Notes: generated from the sequence alone by a model not told the origin. DNA of 64,000 nt from Epiperipatus broadwayi (GCA_028023455.1 JAQFVV010000008.1:14508001-14572000); one strand, 5' to 3'; shown: positions 12,661 through 26,074, counted from the stretch's first letter. Made by a program: numbers and translations.

Positions 12661-14349
12661 CATGTAGATTAAATGTTAACTAATTACAAAGAATCATAAG
12701 GGGATATTTACATGTATTATATGAAGTTATTTGTGGATTGGATGGATAGAGTTGATTATGTGTTAGCTTTGGAGGTCATCACATCATTTCCTAAATTTTT
12801 TTATTCCTTTATTTGTTAGTTAATATTTTTAAATAAAAAAATATATAATTTCCAAAGTTATTTTTTATGTTTTTGTTTTTCTAGCTGACAGTTCTGTGAA
12901 TTTTCTGTGTGTGTATGTGACTGATTTTATTATGAAGTTATGCTTTAAAAGATTAGTAGTTAGTTCAGGTATAATAATATTTATAATGTATATTTGTGGG
13001 AGTATGTGTTTGAACATTCAGAGGGTTCTTTTATAAAATTATTTGGATGGTGTTATGGTCATAAATATCATCTTTAAAAAGTCCACATATTTTACTTTAC
13101 TTCATAGATTTGATAATTAGTTTATTGATGACCAATACATCAAATTATCTGATTGTTCTGAACATTGATGACAATCAGCATAGATACAGTGACTCCAGAA
13201 TATTTGATGTAGAATTATTTTTATAGTTATTTTTAGCACTTATATATGTGTGCACAGTTGAAATATTGATTGATTTTATATCTTAATTTGGCATTGGCTT
13301 AGTGATGATTAGTCTAAAATTTTATATTATATTGCTTTGACGAGTATTGTTTGGAGATGCTACATTTGTTATTTATTGACACTTATATGTTGCTTATATT
13401 ATTTACTTCCAATGCTAATTTTTGCTCATTTTCTATATTCTGTAAAAATAATGATACTTTTGTGAATGACTATTTTGTTTTGATAATGATGATTTTCATC
13501 ATCATAGCTCCATATCTATGTATCATTACAATATATAGGTAATCCTTAAGTGTATTATAAATAAAGTCATATTCTATAGTGTATTTTTCTTCTTAAATGA
13601 CTGCCATTGTTTAATTGGCATACATCAATATTGACTCTTCTTTCTCTTAATTAAATAATGCATTTTAATTTATTTTTTACACACACATCACTGAAGTATA
13701 CTTAATACACCAACTAGAGCTAAGAGGGCAAACCTCGAAAGCGCTTGGCCCATTTAATAGTTTTAAGCGAAATTTGTTTTGTTTATTTGGAAGCTTCTTC
13801 GTCAGCGAGTAAATCGTTTTTAGGCTATTATCACAATAAATAAATATCCAAACTCCTTATATGGTTTTTTATTTAGACCTTGAGTACATTTTAATTTGTG
13901 ATTCCAGGATATTAAAATATAGCTACTGCATTGGACTTTTTGAGTGTAAAGCTATGTTATTGTAGGCTTATTTGATATATTAATCTGAAACTTATACAAA
14001 TAATTGTTTGCTAACTTTTAACCCTTTGAATGTAATTTAAATATTATAATTAAGTTATTTTCTTTATAAATAGAAATTTATTTTTACTGAAAGCATGAAA
14101 CAGGTCTAGATATTTTAAATTTAGTATAATTTTTTTTTTTTATTAAGGAAAATACATGTACAATTACAATATGAATCTTGTTGGTTATACATTTATTTGG
14201 ATTTGTTACACATATTATAATAATCATTAGTAAATAATTTTCCAAATTAGAAAATATACCCATTTGATACATTAGTTATTATTATGACAAATTAATTTCA
14301 TGATCAGCACAAGAAGCTCATCGTTCAAACTTAGTCTATAAATACTGTA

Positions 14350-14720
14350 TATTAGTTTTATATCAGAACAACTAGTTCTTCATTTAGAGACTTAGCCATA
14401 TTTAGTGACTTAGCCAGTGATCATTGTGCACTCCATATTTTGATTGACAGTGATCATTTGTCATTCTCCATCTAACTGAACCTTTTTTTAATCTTGAATT
14501 AATTTTTAATTAGCATGTCTGAGGATTGGCTCTTTATCCAGTGGCCTAAGTTGCCCCCAAGTGTCCCCAAAGAGCTTTTCCGGCATTAATAAGTGATCCC
14601 TAATCATAGTCTTTTGAATAAATTTTTTTCGCACCTCCCATGGTTCTTTATTTCTTCATTTAAAAATGAAATAATTCCTCGTTAACCACACGGCATGAAC
14701 CAGAAACATTCACATTCTAA
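14350..14720 (-). mobile_element. Decayed LINE (probably RTE-clade) C-terminal fragment
   Basis: Interrupted minus-strand translation (ECECFW..EEI..KRL*LGI..IQD..DGE..WSAQ) resembles the post-RT region of RTE LINEs. Confidence 0.4.
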
Positions 14721-15300
14721 TTGCAGCAAAGTCACCACTCTTTATAGCATCCATGATTCTTAGAATTTGTCTTAAATTTAGTATAATTGATCTTGAAATT
14801 TTATCTTTTAGTAATTTTATGTAACTGTGATGTATGAGATGCTCTAAATAAAAAAATGTTACAGTGATCTTGAGCATAGTTTTATGGGAGAGGCAGACCC
14901 CATTTCTGTTATAAAGATTAGAAATATTATAAAAAGGTGTGTTTGGAAATAGAAAGCAATAGAAAGCTACAATTAAATATGCTGTTGAAGTCTTTGAGAA
15001 AGAAAAGTTTACTGCAGAAGAAGTTAAAAGAAAGCATTGAAAAATATCAAATAATTGGAATAATGAATCAGGTTTTCTATATATGGATGCATTTGTGTTT
15101 ATGAATTGGTTTGGATAGTCATTGTAAAATTTATCTTATATTTTTTAGTCTTTTTTTTCTTCTTAGAATTGGCATGGTCATATTTATTTGTAAATAACTT
15201 ATGGTATATATGGGTATTATGTATTATTACACTTTATATAGTTTTATTTTATTGAAATATTGCTTAGTATAAATTTAATTTTTTGTTTTTAAACTATATT

Positions 15301-16204
15301 CAGAGCCAGATCTGTGCAATGATAAATCTAGGACATTTTTTAATAGTATCAAAAAGGGATACTTATAATTCTATAATATTATTTATATATATATATATCA
15401 GTAAATTGGAATTCAAGAAGTAAAGAGGTGTAGGCACAATAGCGGGAGCTATTTATAATTCGAAATGAAAATCAGATACACAGAGTGCCTAGATATTGTT
15501 TGATAGCAATATTGTATATTAATACCAATGTATGCATTTTGTTTTCCAAAAATTTAGTAATTAGTAATATAAATCAGTATTTACTGAGAGTTTACATATC
15601 ACTACACTTGTTATAATAGATGTGACTTGTGTATCATTAATATATGATTCATATGTTTATAAAAAATTATCATTTTGAATGGAATTTCCAAAAAACATGG
15701 ATTGAGAACAGAAAATTAACTAAAGAAAATCATAAAACAATCACAAAAGCAAGTTATTTATTCAATTTTATAATAGAAAATCTGAATTGCAAAAGAACAT
15801 AGATTATCAATAACCAATAAGAAATTACAATAGTTATGTCTTCAGCAAATACCAACTTTACATTCTGAGTTATCAGAATGTCAGACTGATGTTCAAAAAT
15901 AAATTTACATCCTGATAGGTTTTAACTATGGATGTTGTTCAAAATATATCAGAGTTTCCAAAAGTTTTATTTGGAAAAAGTTGTTGGGTATTTAATCAAT
16001 TTTTTTTTTTTAAAAAAAAAAAAAAAAAAGACGAACTACAAAATAGGAAATTTATTTAGTGAATATATGAGAACGTTTGTGTTGTAAATAAATGTTTGTT
16101 TTTTATTCAGTATTAATTTTTTATTTTATTTTTGCCTAAAGTGTGAGGGAAGGGTGTAATAATACTTTCTGCCTAGGGATCTAAATGAAACAAATCTGGC
16201 TCTG
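15301..16204. mobile_element. Non-autonomous hAT element in the intron before the phosphoesterase exon
   Basis: 14-bp TIRs CAGAGCCAGATCTG / CAAATCTGGCTCTG (1 mismatch); 8-bp TSD ACTATATT / TCTATATT. Confidence 0.8.
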
Positions 16205-16308
16205 TCTATATTTATATATAATTTATTAATATAGATAATTATGATTTATAGACATTTATTTTTTGCTTTTATATTTCAATTATATTTAATTATAATTTAT
16301 TGTTTTAG

Positions 16309-17021
16309 GTAATCATGAATTGTGGATACGAAAAGATAAAGATATTCGTGACTCTATTAAGAAATTTGAAAATATTTTATCATTATGCAATCGACTAAAT
16401 ATTTTTCATTACCCAAATAAAGTGGCATGTGAAGGAAATAAAGATGTGTGGATAATACCATTGTACTCATGGTATTCTACATTGGAGGATAATGATAGTC
16501 ATAGTTTGTATGTTAAACCTACTACCTATCAAGAGAATTTTGAAAATGATCACTTGCTATGGATGGATAATTCATGTACTTCTTGGCCCCAGTTGGATAT
16601 GAGTAAAGCACAGTATTTTGCTAGTTTAAACTCTGAGAGAATTAACAAATTTTATGATGCACCAGTAATCACATTTAGTCATTTTGTTCCTCGGAAAGAT
16701 TTGATAGGTGTTGATGAGTCTGATATATTGGCTGTCAAAGAAGAAAGAGATAAACTGAAATTACCACCTTTAGAAAACCCACTGCGACAAGGTGCTATTG
16801 GAAATTTTAATTTTACACGTTATGCTGGAAGTTCATTAATTGAAGAGCAGTTAAGAAAAGTAAATTCAGTTCTTCATGTGTTTGGCCATCAGCATCGAAA
16901 TAGAGATAGGACAATTGATGGAGTTCGATATATTTCCCATTGTCTTGGAAACCCAAGAGAACAGAGAGAAGGATTAGTTTATGGTATATCTGATGGTCCA
17001 AAACAAATTTGGCCTTTTTAA
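16309..17021 (+). CDS. Terminal coding exon of a calcineurin-like metallophosphoesterase (PptH / ACP-phosphodiesterase-like family)
   Basis: Acceptor ttgttttag at 16300-16308, phase-1 start gives (G)NHELW; then IIPLYSWY, ITFSHFVPR, HVFGHQH, DGVRY, LGNPRE motifs; stop at 17019-17021; N-terminal DxH and GD motifs must lie in exons not identified. Confidence 0.9.
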
Positions 17022-17079
17022 ACTTGTAAATTATGAAATAATTAGTTTTTTTGTTATATAGTATTAAAAACAAATTTAG

Positions 17080-17085
17080 AATAAA
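17080..17085 (+). terminator. Candidate polyadenylation signal AATAAA
   Basis: First AATAAA about 60 nt after the phosphoesterase stop codon. Confidence 0.45.
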
Positions 17086-18799
17086 TTGTATATAAGCATA
17101 AACATGCACTCCTGCTGGGCAGGTTGATAGTTTTTAATAATGACCAAACATTTAGTCTAAAAGCACAATAGTTATTAATTAATTAGTAAAAATATTATCA
17201 GCATTTGTTTTATGAGGTCTTTCTAATATTTCATTTGAGATTGGGAGTATACAACTTATATATAATTAGATATATGTTTGTGTGTTTACATAACCACATC
17301 TATAAAGAATTTGATTCCATGTGTTATCCGTCCATATGAGTGTGTATATTTATAATCCCAAATATATGAATCGTCAGATTTTTCTTTTCTAGGAAATAGT
17401 TAATTGTGATTAATTTGTATTTATTCAACACTTAATTGTCATAAAGTAGGTACATTGGAATTCTTATACTGGCATTGGGTTATGCATGGATGGCATGTAA
17501 TAGATAACTTAAAATTAATAGTAATATCTATATTCATGTACTAACACATGCACACACAAACATATATATGTACATCAGGATAATGAGTATTTTTTGAATT
17601 AATATATATGTATATTGATCTGCCTAAATGTTAGTTTTAGTGCAATGGAAGAATGTTAGACTCTGGGATATGAAATCCTGGAATTGATTTCAGTTCTGAT
17701 CCTTCTGATGTTTGAACTTTTTATGAACTCTTAAACAATAAGACCCGTCTATGATTTTTTATTTTATTTTTATAATTCATAATTAAAGTGATTTTTTAAT
17801 CAGCACACACTTATATATATTTGTAATGAACTAACACATAGAGAGTAATTATAAAAGTTATTCTACTTTCTAGTTAGGATTATTACTAGATTTTCAATTA
17901 TCTGATATTGGTTCTCCTTTAATATGAGGACATTAGTAGAAGCAAACATTTATATTAGCTTATATAATTTGATTAGTTTTGGCTAAATTTATCTTGTTGT
18001 TGTTATATGTGACTGACAAAGAAGTGTTCACAAAGCTATACTAATTCTCATTATTCGCATACGCAGGAGTACATGAAGAATGTTAGCAATGGGAGTAGAG
18101 AAATAATTGGTTAGTGTAAAATTCTTGACCAATTTGTAAATTGTTGAAATAGTTCAGCATAGTATATATGATTTACATTCTGGTTGGGTGGGGTTTTCTT
18201 TATTCACACAATAGAATTTAAGATTGAATTATAATTTTAATAGTAAAACTTAGCTTTTGTGAAGAAAGTAATTCAAATCAAATTATTTTTTTACATTAGA
18301 TTTAAATCATGTCTGAAATGATTATATGGAGTTCTATATGTAAAATGTTTAAGATTTTATTACAATTTAGTTTCTATTTTCAATTATTTTTGTTTATGTT
18401 TAGGCTATTTACTGTTTGTCGAAATTTGCAGGTTTTTTATTTGCCAGCTTCCATTGCATATTTATGTTTTTATTTATGATTACATTATCAGTTGGGATAA
18501 ATGCCATATAATACAGTCATCTTGTACATCTCACTATGAATTTTTTTAAAAAAGGTCTTTTGTAATTTTTCATTGAGATTTGTAATTACTATGTCCTGGC
18601 TGCAGCTGTTAATAAGACTGTATATATCAAGCATATAGAAATCATGTGACCAATTATTTTTTTTTAAATCTTAAAGCACTTCCTTTATAAGTTTAATTTA
18701 TTGATCCCATTAAAGATAAAACTATATGTGTGTGTATAAATTTTACAGAATAATGTACATTATCAAATTCATCACTTCCTTTATTTTGCAATAATATCT

Positions 18800-18870
18800 T
18801 ATTTCATTTCAATATCAGCCTTTCAAGCTAATTGAGCATGCACTTGAAAGGCTGATATTGGAATGAAATA
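18800..18870. repeat. 71-nt near-perfect hairpin (28-bp stem, 15-nt loop)
   Basis: TATTTCATTTCAATATCAGCCTTTCAAG ... CTTGAAAGGCTGATATTGGAATGAAATA with a single G-U pair. Confidence 0.85.
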
Positions 18871-19924
18871 TAATTGCAAGCTAGATAAAATATTTGCTTA
18901 TTTACTAATAATATCTTATATAAATACAATTTATCCATATTACTTTGAACATTTTTTTAGCAAAAAAAATTTTTTATTGGATATATGTACACACAATCTT
19001 ACATTTTGAATGTTGCGGTCTTCTTCATAACCACTCCTATTTAAGTGTTGTTTTTTTTTTTTTTTAAAAAATTAAAATAAGAGTGGCTCTGAAGAAAACT
19101 ACAGGACAGTCAAAAGTAATATTATGGATACATATATACAATAAAAAAATTTTTTTTACTAAAAAGTGTTCAAAGTAAGGTGGATAAATTGCATTTAAAT
19201 AATCAGCCCAATACTTAATAAGCACATTCTAGAATTCATTTTCATAGAATATATTTATATGTTTGCTGTTAACTGTTCTCCTGGAGTAATCAACATGTTG
19301 ATCTAGAATGATCCAGAAATTTATGTGTCTATTTATTGTTGTAATCTTAGTTAATTTAGTGACTACATAAATTATTGATGATTCTAACTGCATAAGCAAA
19401 AATAATAATATAGTCAAGTTTTAGTGTTTTTAATTTTAGGCAGTTGTACAATCTTTTTGTTCTCATTTCTTATCATCAACTTTAAATAATAATGTGATGT
19501 TTTTTTATATACCTTATAATTTATTATTATTGGTATTAAGATTAAAGTCAAATATTTTTATGTGTTCTTTAGTTATTTTATTATATTTATGCATTATACA
19601 CATGTAACCATATATTACATATATATTGGAGATAGTATAAGAATGTATATGTTTTAAACCCTTTAGTATCAATGCCCTTCTAAATACTCAGATGTGATAC
19701 ATTCTTTGCTACTTCACTTATTGCTTCTCTGCATACATACATATAAATATTTCAAATATATTTTCTATACTGAATATTGGTATTATTTTCTTTTTTTATA
19801 AAAAATTATTTTCTGAAATTTACCTTTTGTTAAATATTTTTCAAAAACTAGTTCTTTAAATCATTTATTAAAAGAGATTATTAGATAAATGTTTTAAAAC
19901 TTCCCTGCTTCCCACTTTCTTGAA

Positions 19925-20225
19925 ATCTATGAATAATGACATCTGAAAAAGATAAGTGATCTCAGGATACATTTTATGCTGAACCAGCATTCTTCACTTA
20001 GTTCATATGTAATCTTTTACACCTGTATTTATCATTTATTCAGTATTTGTCAATATAAAATGATTACAATTTGATTTATAAAAATTATTCAGTTAAATAC
20101 ATTAATGAGTATTACTAATTATTTATTAGGCTAGAGATTCTTATATCTTTCATAGCTGAGAGATAAATTTTAAATCCAACTTAAAGATTAATATATGTTT
20201 TTAATTAAATATAAACACATTAGCC
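19925..20225 (-). mobile_element. Hammerhead-containing repeat, subfamily B monomer
   Basis: Degenerate HHR at 19961-20003 (GTGAAGA A TGCTG GTT CAGCA T AAAA TGTA TC); flanks match the 29.9-31.5 kb array. Confidence 0.75.
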
Positions 20226-22240
20226 AGATACATTTTTAACATTCTAGTGTAAAATGATACATGAACAAAATAGATGTTATGAGACTTAGGTTTGCCTAGT
20301 CCTGAACATGCATTCTGTTTAAAATTAATGCATCCATATTGTATTTTCATCTAATTCTCATATAATATACTTTTTTCTGTACTAAACAAATTTGTTGTAT
20401 TTTATTTTTGTTTATATTTTTGACTTTAGTTCATATTCTTTTCTTACTAGACATATTTTTAATGTAAGTAAACATTTTTTTTTTTTAAAAAACTTGCAAT
20501 ATTTTGGAATGCATTTGGCAGGCTTGATATTATATTTTTTTAAATATATTTATATATATATAAACTTTAATCAATGTTTGGTGGTTTTGACTTTCAATGA
20601 AACAGATGTTGTGAATTCTAAGATTAGACAATATGAGTGTGTAGCCAAAAGAAATTGGAATTGACTTCTGGAATGAGAGTGCTTGTAATACTAACTTCCA
20701 CTACCAGATAAAGGCAGCTTTGAATCTACATTCATTAGTATTGTCTGTTCTGAGAGAACTGAAGCTAAACACAAAGGCCTGGCACATTGCCAACAATATA
20801 CATGGAATTAACAATAGCAAGGAAGAACCCTGCATCCCCCTGTTAAAAAAGTAGCTCATTTAAATAAATTTATTTACATATATAATCAAATTTTATGTAA
20901 ATTACCATTTCCATGATTCTTCTATAAAACTCTTCACCCTCTAGAATAGTAATAGCTATGATTATGACTATTAATTAATCACTCTTTTATGATATATATA
21001 TATATTCAAATTAATATTTTTTTAAGATCTTAATTAATGACACTGAGATATATAAATAATATATATATATATTTAATGATCTTCAGACCTTGCAATAAAT
21101 ATTAAATCATCATCAACAACATGCATATAAATTTGCTTAATTCCAGAAAAATCTAATTGTATGATGAATAAATTCGTGATGAATAGGACCAAGTTCCCTT
21201 ACAAATAATATTAATGGTGGTTAATTAAACTGCAGCTCTTTGCATTTTTTTTTTTTAAAAAAAAATAATTAAATAATATATTGCTTTTTGCATTCATAAT
21301 TTTATTGTTAATCAATTTTACTTTCAAATTTAAAGCTTGTTTATAAAATGGACTTTTTAAATTATATATATATATAATAAAGGCTATCTTTTATTTTAAT
21401 TCTAAATAACTACCAATATTTTACAGAATTTTCTTCTTGTTTTAATTAAAAATGGCTGCATGATAATGTTTTTTTTTTTATTTGAGAAATTTAATATAAG
21501 ACAAATTTTGCCTTTTTCATTTAGATAAACTCAGTTAAATTTTTTATTGGCACTGTATATTTTTTCTGGAGTTTGCAATTTTTGTTTAGGTTTTTCACAC
21601 TTGTTGCCTAAATTTTGATAGTGATTTCAATTATTAAAACTTGATTAAAAGTTAGTATATTTGTATTTTCAAATAGCAGGTGATCTTACTTTTAATTTTC
21701 CTTTGAAAATATATAATTTCACTTGTGAGCCTGTATATATCATTTAAATTTAAATGGATTTTTAACAATGTAACTATAGAAAATGTACCATGATAATTAA
21801 AATTAAATATGTAATAAGATAATACTGAAAATGGCCATCATATTTTAAAATCACTTGAGGGTTGTTTTTTTGATTGAACTTGAGCAATGTGAAAGAATTT
21901 TTATTTCGAGAACTTTTGGTCTGTGGATTTTTCATTTCATGCAACCCTGAAATCTTTAATTACATTCTACAATTACTTAATCACATTCTTGAGAACATAC
22001 GTTGAATGAAAACATGTTCAATGAGGAGTGTCAGGAGTTAATAAATTAAGTTTGAAATGACTTATGTATATTAAAAATTAATTATTAATTTTTATTTATC
22101 CTGATAGAAAATATTTATTAAGTTTATTAAAATAAAAACAAACCCACATGCTAAATAAATAATTTTTATTTGCAGCATTACTTAGATTTGTTGAGTTTGT
22201 GAAATGGATGATAATTTCAAGCAGTTTGTATAATGGATAA

Positions 22241-22740
22241 TTTTTATTAGTCATTCATTAGACTAGAGATTATCCATTTAATGAATAATATTTCTGTACC
22301 ACAAGATCTTAAAAGCAGATAGAAAACAATCCCTACCTTGCAGGAGATTGATATAGTGATAATTACACTACAAAATATTATTTATTAAGTGGAGAATCTC
22401 TGGTCTAATGAATGACTAATAAAAACTAGTAATATACTTACATCAAAATGGTCTGTGTCAAAATTGTGAGGGCAGTAAATTTGACAAATCAATTAAATGT
22501 ATTAATTAGCTATCTATATATACTGAACAATGATGTAAGAGATTGTAAAGGCCAACTGAAGAGTGCTGGTTCAGCATGAAATGTGCAACTTGGGGATCAT
22601 ACATTTTTAAAATATATTTTTGGACATAGGTTTATGATTACACCCCTTCACAAGATGTTAAAAGTGGATAGAAACCACTCCCTACCTTGTGTGAGAGAGG
22701 TGTAATGAAAAAAACTACACTACAGAAATATTCATTAAGT
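22241..22740 (+). mobile_element. Hammerhead-containing repeat, subfamily C: about 349-bp monomer with terminal redundancy and an inverted arm
   Basis: CCCTACCTTG..ACTACA..ATATT..ATTAAGT repeats at 22331 and 22680; HHR 22552-22593 (CCAA CTGAAGA G TGCTG GTT CAGCA T GAAA TGTGCA A C TTGG); 22241-22299 is an inverted copy of 22367-22425. Confidence 0.85.
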
Positions 22741-22939
22741 TTGCAAAATTGATACCTATGTCACAAGTTCTTTCTAGAGTTTTATTTTTCAATTTCAGTA
22801 GATTATATATGAGAAGTAATAAAAAGTTATTAAATATGCATGCATTTGGGAACAGTTTAGAATGATATATATCTTAATCATTTAATATTTGGTGATATCT
22901 AATAGCTTCTCTAGATAACACTGTGGTATGTGTAAAATT

Positions 22940-23135
22940 TAATTACTATTATTTCATTTTATGAGTATCAAACTTCCTGCACTCATATCTTTAGACAAAT
23001 AAATTAGTGATTATTACTAATTATTTATTAGGTTAGAGATTATCATATTACTAACTCAAAAGAGAAATGGTTCAGCATGATATGCATCTTGGCGATCATT
23101 TACTTTTTTTTCAGACGTCTTTATTCATATGTTTC
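22940..23135. mobile_element. Rearranged subfamily B fragments with 3' half of the HHR
   Basis: 22940-23050 matches the monomer body; 23069-23094 GGTTCAGCATGATATGCATCTTGGCG is the ribozyme 3' half in the opposite orientation. Confidence 0.7.
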
Positions 23136-23199
23136 AAGAATATGTGATGAATGGGAATTTTAAATATATCTAAAAAAGAGAAAATTTATATATATATAT

Positions 23200-23379
23200 A
23201 ATATTTTAAATGCCTCATAGCTATATTCTTTCTGCCAGACTGCCACTTTAAATAAAGAAAATCTTGAATTTTGCAGCCCATTCCAAAGAATTCCTTTTGA
23301 ATGGGCTGCTAAATTCAAGTTTTTCTTTATTTAAAGGAGTGTAGCTGAAAGAATATAGCTATAGGCCATTTAAAATATT
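23200..23379. mobile_element. Fold-back (MITE-like) element next to (TA)n
   Basis: About 85-bp imperfect arms (ATAGCTATATTCTTTC..GCAGCCCATTC / GAATGGGCTGC..GAAAGAATATAGCTAT) with a very short loop. Confidence 0.75.
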
Positions 23380-23851
23380 TTATATAGATTTCAATTAGCA
23401 TTATACATTGTTAACATATATATATATCAAACCATATCATTATTTTATAAAATGTAACTTTTGCAACAATCTAAATAAAGTAATTAAACAGGCAAAACTC
23501 TCCATACAGTAGATGGTGATCATGTGATGTCTAAATAAAGTAAAAGAAGAAAGCAGTTTTTTTTACTAGTTTAAATATTTCCATGTTCATAGAGTAAAAA
23601 AGAATTTTAAAAAAATTAAAGAAATGCTTTTATTTATAGAAATGTACTAAAAAGTAAAAAATCCTTTTTCTTTAGTTTTGACAGTATTCTTGGTATTATG
23701 TGACCAGAAATAAAAGTATGGGGCAATTGTGTTTAGAAATAGTCTTAACTATAAGTTCTATTAATTTTTATAGGCTTATTATTAAAGAAGAATTACAATT
23801 TGCTATTAATAATGTATATGAAAAAAATATCTAATTTTTATTTATCTAAAA

Positions 23852-25054
23852 CAGTGGCCTTCAAACACTGGTCCGCATACCACACTGGGCCACAAAAATT
23901 TTCTGCCGGTCCATGCAAGACTGGCAAGAAAGTTTGTAATAACAAAATAATAAGATTTTTAAACTTTTAATTAATATAAACAATTTTTATTTATTTTTTC
24001 TTCGCATTTTTACCCGATTAAAAAAAAAAAAGAAACAGAACAAAATCTAATCAATCATACATGAGTAAATTTGTTTTTCTATTTATCACAGTGTTTATGG
24101 GTGCTAGAAAAAAGTATTTTATTATATAAACTCCGTTTGTCTTTTGATAGCCAATCATGGCCATTTGTCAGCGTTGTTAAAACAATAAAATGTAACGTGA
24201 CTTTTTTTGATCTCTTAAATTTTTTCTACTCTCTCTTTTAATATTTTATTTTTAGTGTTTTTTTTTTTTTTTTGTCTATACGACGATTTTTTTTTTTTTG
24301 GCTTTAACTTTTATTTTTGAAATCAATTTCTATTAGCTTTTTTAAAAAATAAAAACCAAAAAATAAGTTCTGTCTCTAACTTTTACAAAGTATTTCTCAA
24401 TACACCCCCACCACCCCAAAATAAAGTAAGATCAAAACTTTTGACTTTTTCAAGTTTCAGGGGTTTTTTTTTGTTTAAAAATACAGCCACTTTTTTTTTT
24501 TAGCCTATAAGGCGATATCTTTTTTGCCTTTATTTGTATATCGCTAAAATACTAAAACTTTTATTTTTAAAACCAATTTCAGTTACCGTTTTTTAAAAAT
24601 AAAATCAAAAAATAACTTTGGTCTTTATCTTTTGTCTCAGTGATGACAAAGTATTTCTCAACCCACTCCCTCCTCCCCCCCAAAAAAAAATTAAGATCAA
24701 AACTTTTGACTTTTTTAATATTCATGTGAATAATATTTTATTCTTGCATGTTTTAACAATGAAATAATAAACATAGAAATGCAAGCATATTAATGAAAAT
24801 GATTGTTATTGTATTGTTTTCTGTAGCAGTATGACTGCGCAACTCGAGAAAGAGTGTTCAGCATGTGAAGGTAAGTAACACCATTACAATACACAATAAC
24901 TAATGTGCTATTTTGGTCAGTTATAACAATTATGCTTATCTAAGGCTAAGCAGGTTACATCTTTAAGAAAATTTACCTGTAAACTTCTGCCAGTCCGCAA
25001 AAGCTTATCCTTATTTTTGCCGGTTCGCAGGCATGAAAAAGTTGAAGACCACTG
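23852..25054. mobile_element. hAT MITE (CAGTGGTCTTCAA family), long copy with an internal tandem duplication of about 240 bp
   Basis: TIRs CAGTGGCCTTCAA / TTGAAGACCACTG; 8-bp TSD ATCTAAAA / ATCTAAAG; homologous to 30195-30709 and 53811-54410. Confidence 0.9.
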
Positions 25055-25991
25055 ATCTAAAGTATGACTAAGAATATTTCAAAACAAGAACACTGCATAT
25101 TTTTATTTTTAGTTACATAATACCAAGAATACATGAAAGTTGTAAAAAAATTACTTTTTACTTTTTTAGTTCACTTATATATATAAATTATATATATATT
25201 ATTTTCTACTTTTTAGTATTTTTAAAATGTTAATAAAATTTTATATTTTAATATGAAAAATTTAAAGTTTTTGCTAAAATTGTTTATAAACTTTAAAAAT
25301 GTATTGCCATTGGGAATACATATGTATGCAAAATTTCTAGATTGGAAATTAGAAAATGATTGACAAATTAAGTTGTAAGATTTTATCTAGACAGAAAGAT
25401 TAAAAAACAAATTAAGCTAAATAAAATATATAAAAAGAAAATAGTTACATTTAGCTGTTTATTTAAATAGTCAAATTTTTGTGTGCTTTTACTGTAATCA
25501 ATAGATAATTTACAGTTCATTATTTCTTATGCAGGTTTTTTTTTTTCAATTAACCATATACAAACAATTCATTTTCTTGTTAGAAATAATTAATAATGAA
25601 AGTAAAATTTAAATTTTTTTACCAAATTTGCTACCATGAAGAATGTTAATAGCCAAATTCCAAATTGCTTTCATTGCTAACTAACTTTTGCTATCTGTTG
25701 TCAATAAAATTTAATATTTCTTTTTTAATAAATAATGTTAATTTTTATTCAACATTGTTTTGAAATATGATTGCAAATTTCTACTTCTTAGCAGCAATTA
25801 AAATTAGTATTATAACAATTCAGGCATTAGTATTTTTCATGAATCTTAGATGAGATGAGGATCAAAGCTACTTAGTTGACTTTTTTAATCTTTATTATAT
25901 TATTAACTAATAAAAATTTATCTCAAGAAAATTTGATCACATGATTTTCTTTTCTCTCAGCAGTCATATTCATAAATTTCTTTAGAAGCTT

Positions 25992-26074
25992 TCAGAAAGC
26001 CCGTGTGCTTCTGATACTGCTATTGGCAGAAGTTTGATGACTAATTTGTTTGTTTACACCTGCTATATACTCAT
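25992..26074 (-). CDS. Candidate terminal exon of an unidentified gene (xEYIAGVNKQISHQTSANSSIRSTRAF*)
   Basis: Acceptor tatgttttag followed by an open 83-nt frame to TGA, just downstream of a CpG-retaining region; no homology recognised. Confidence 0.3.

Noticed and set aside
18810-18828. Similarity of the hairpin 5' arm to miR-283 (AAUAUCAGC)
   Set aside because: Only 9 nt match; the rest differs
21670-21700. IAGDLT motif
   Set aside because: Lies downstream of the terminal exon with no supporting context
22241-22425. Apparent MITE with 31-bp TIRs
   Set aside because: The arms are internal parts of the 349-bp ribozyme monomer; better explained as an inverted end
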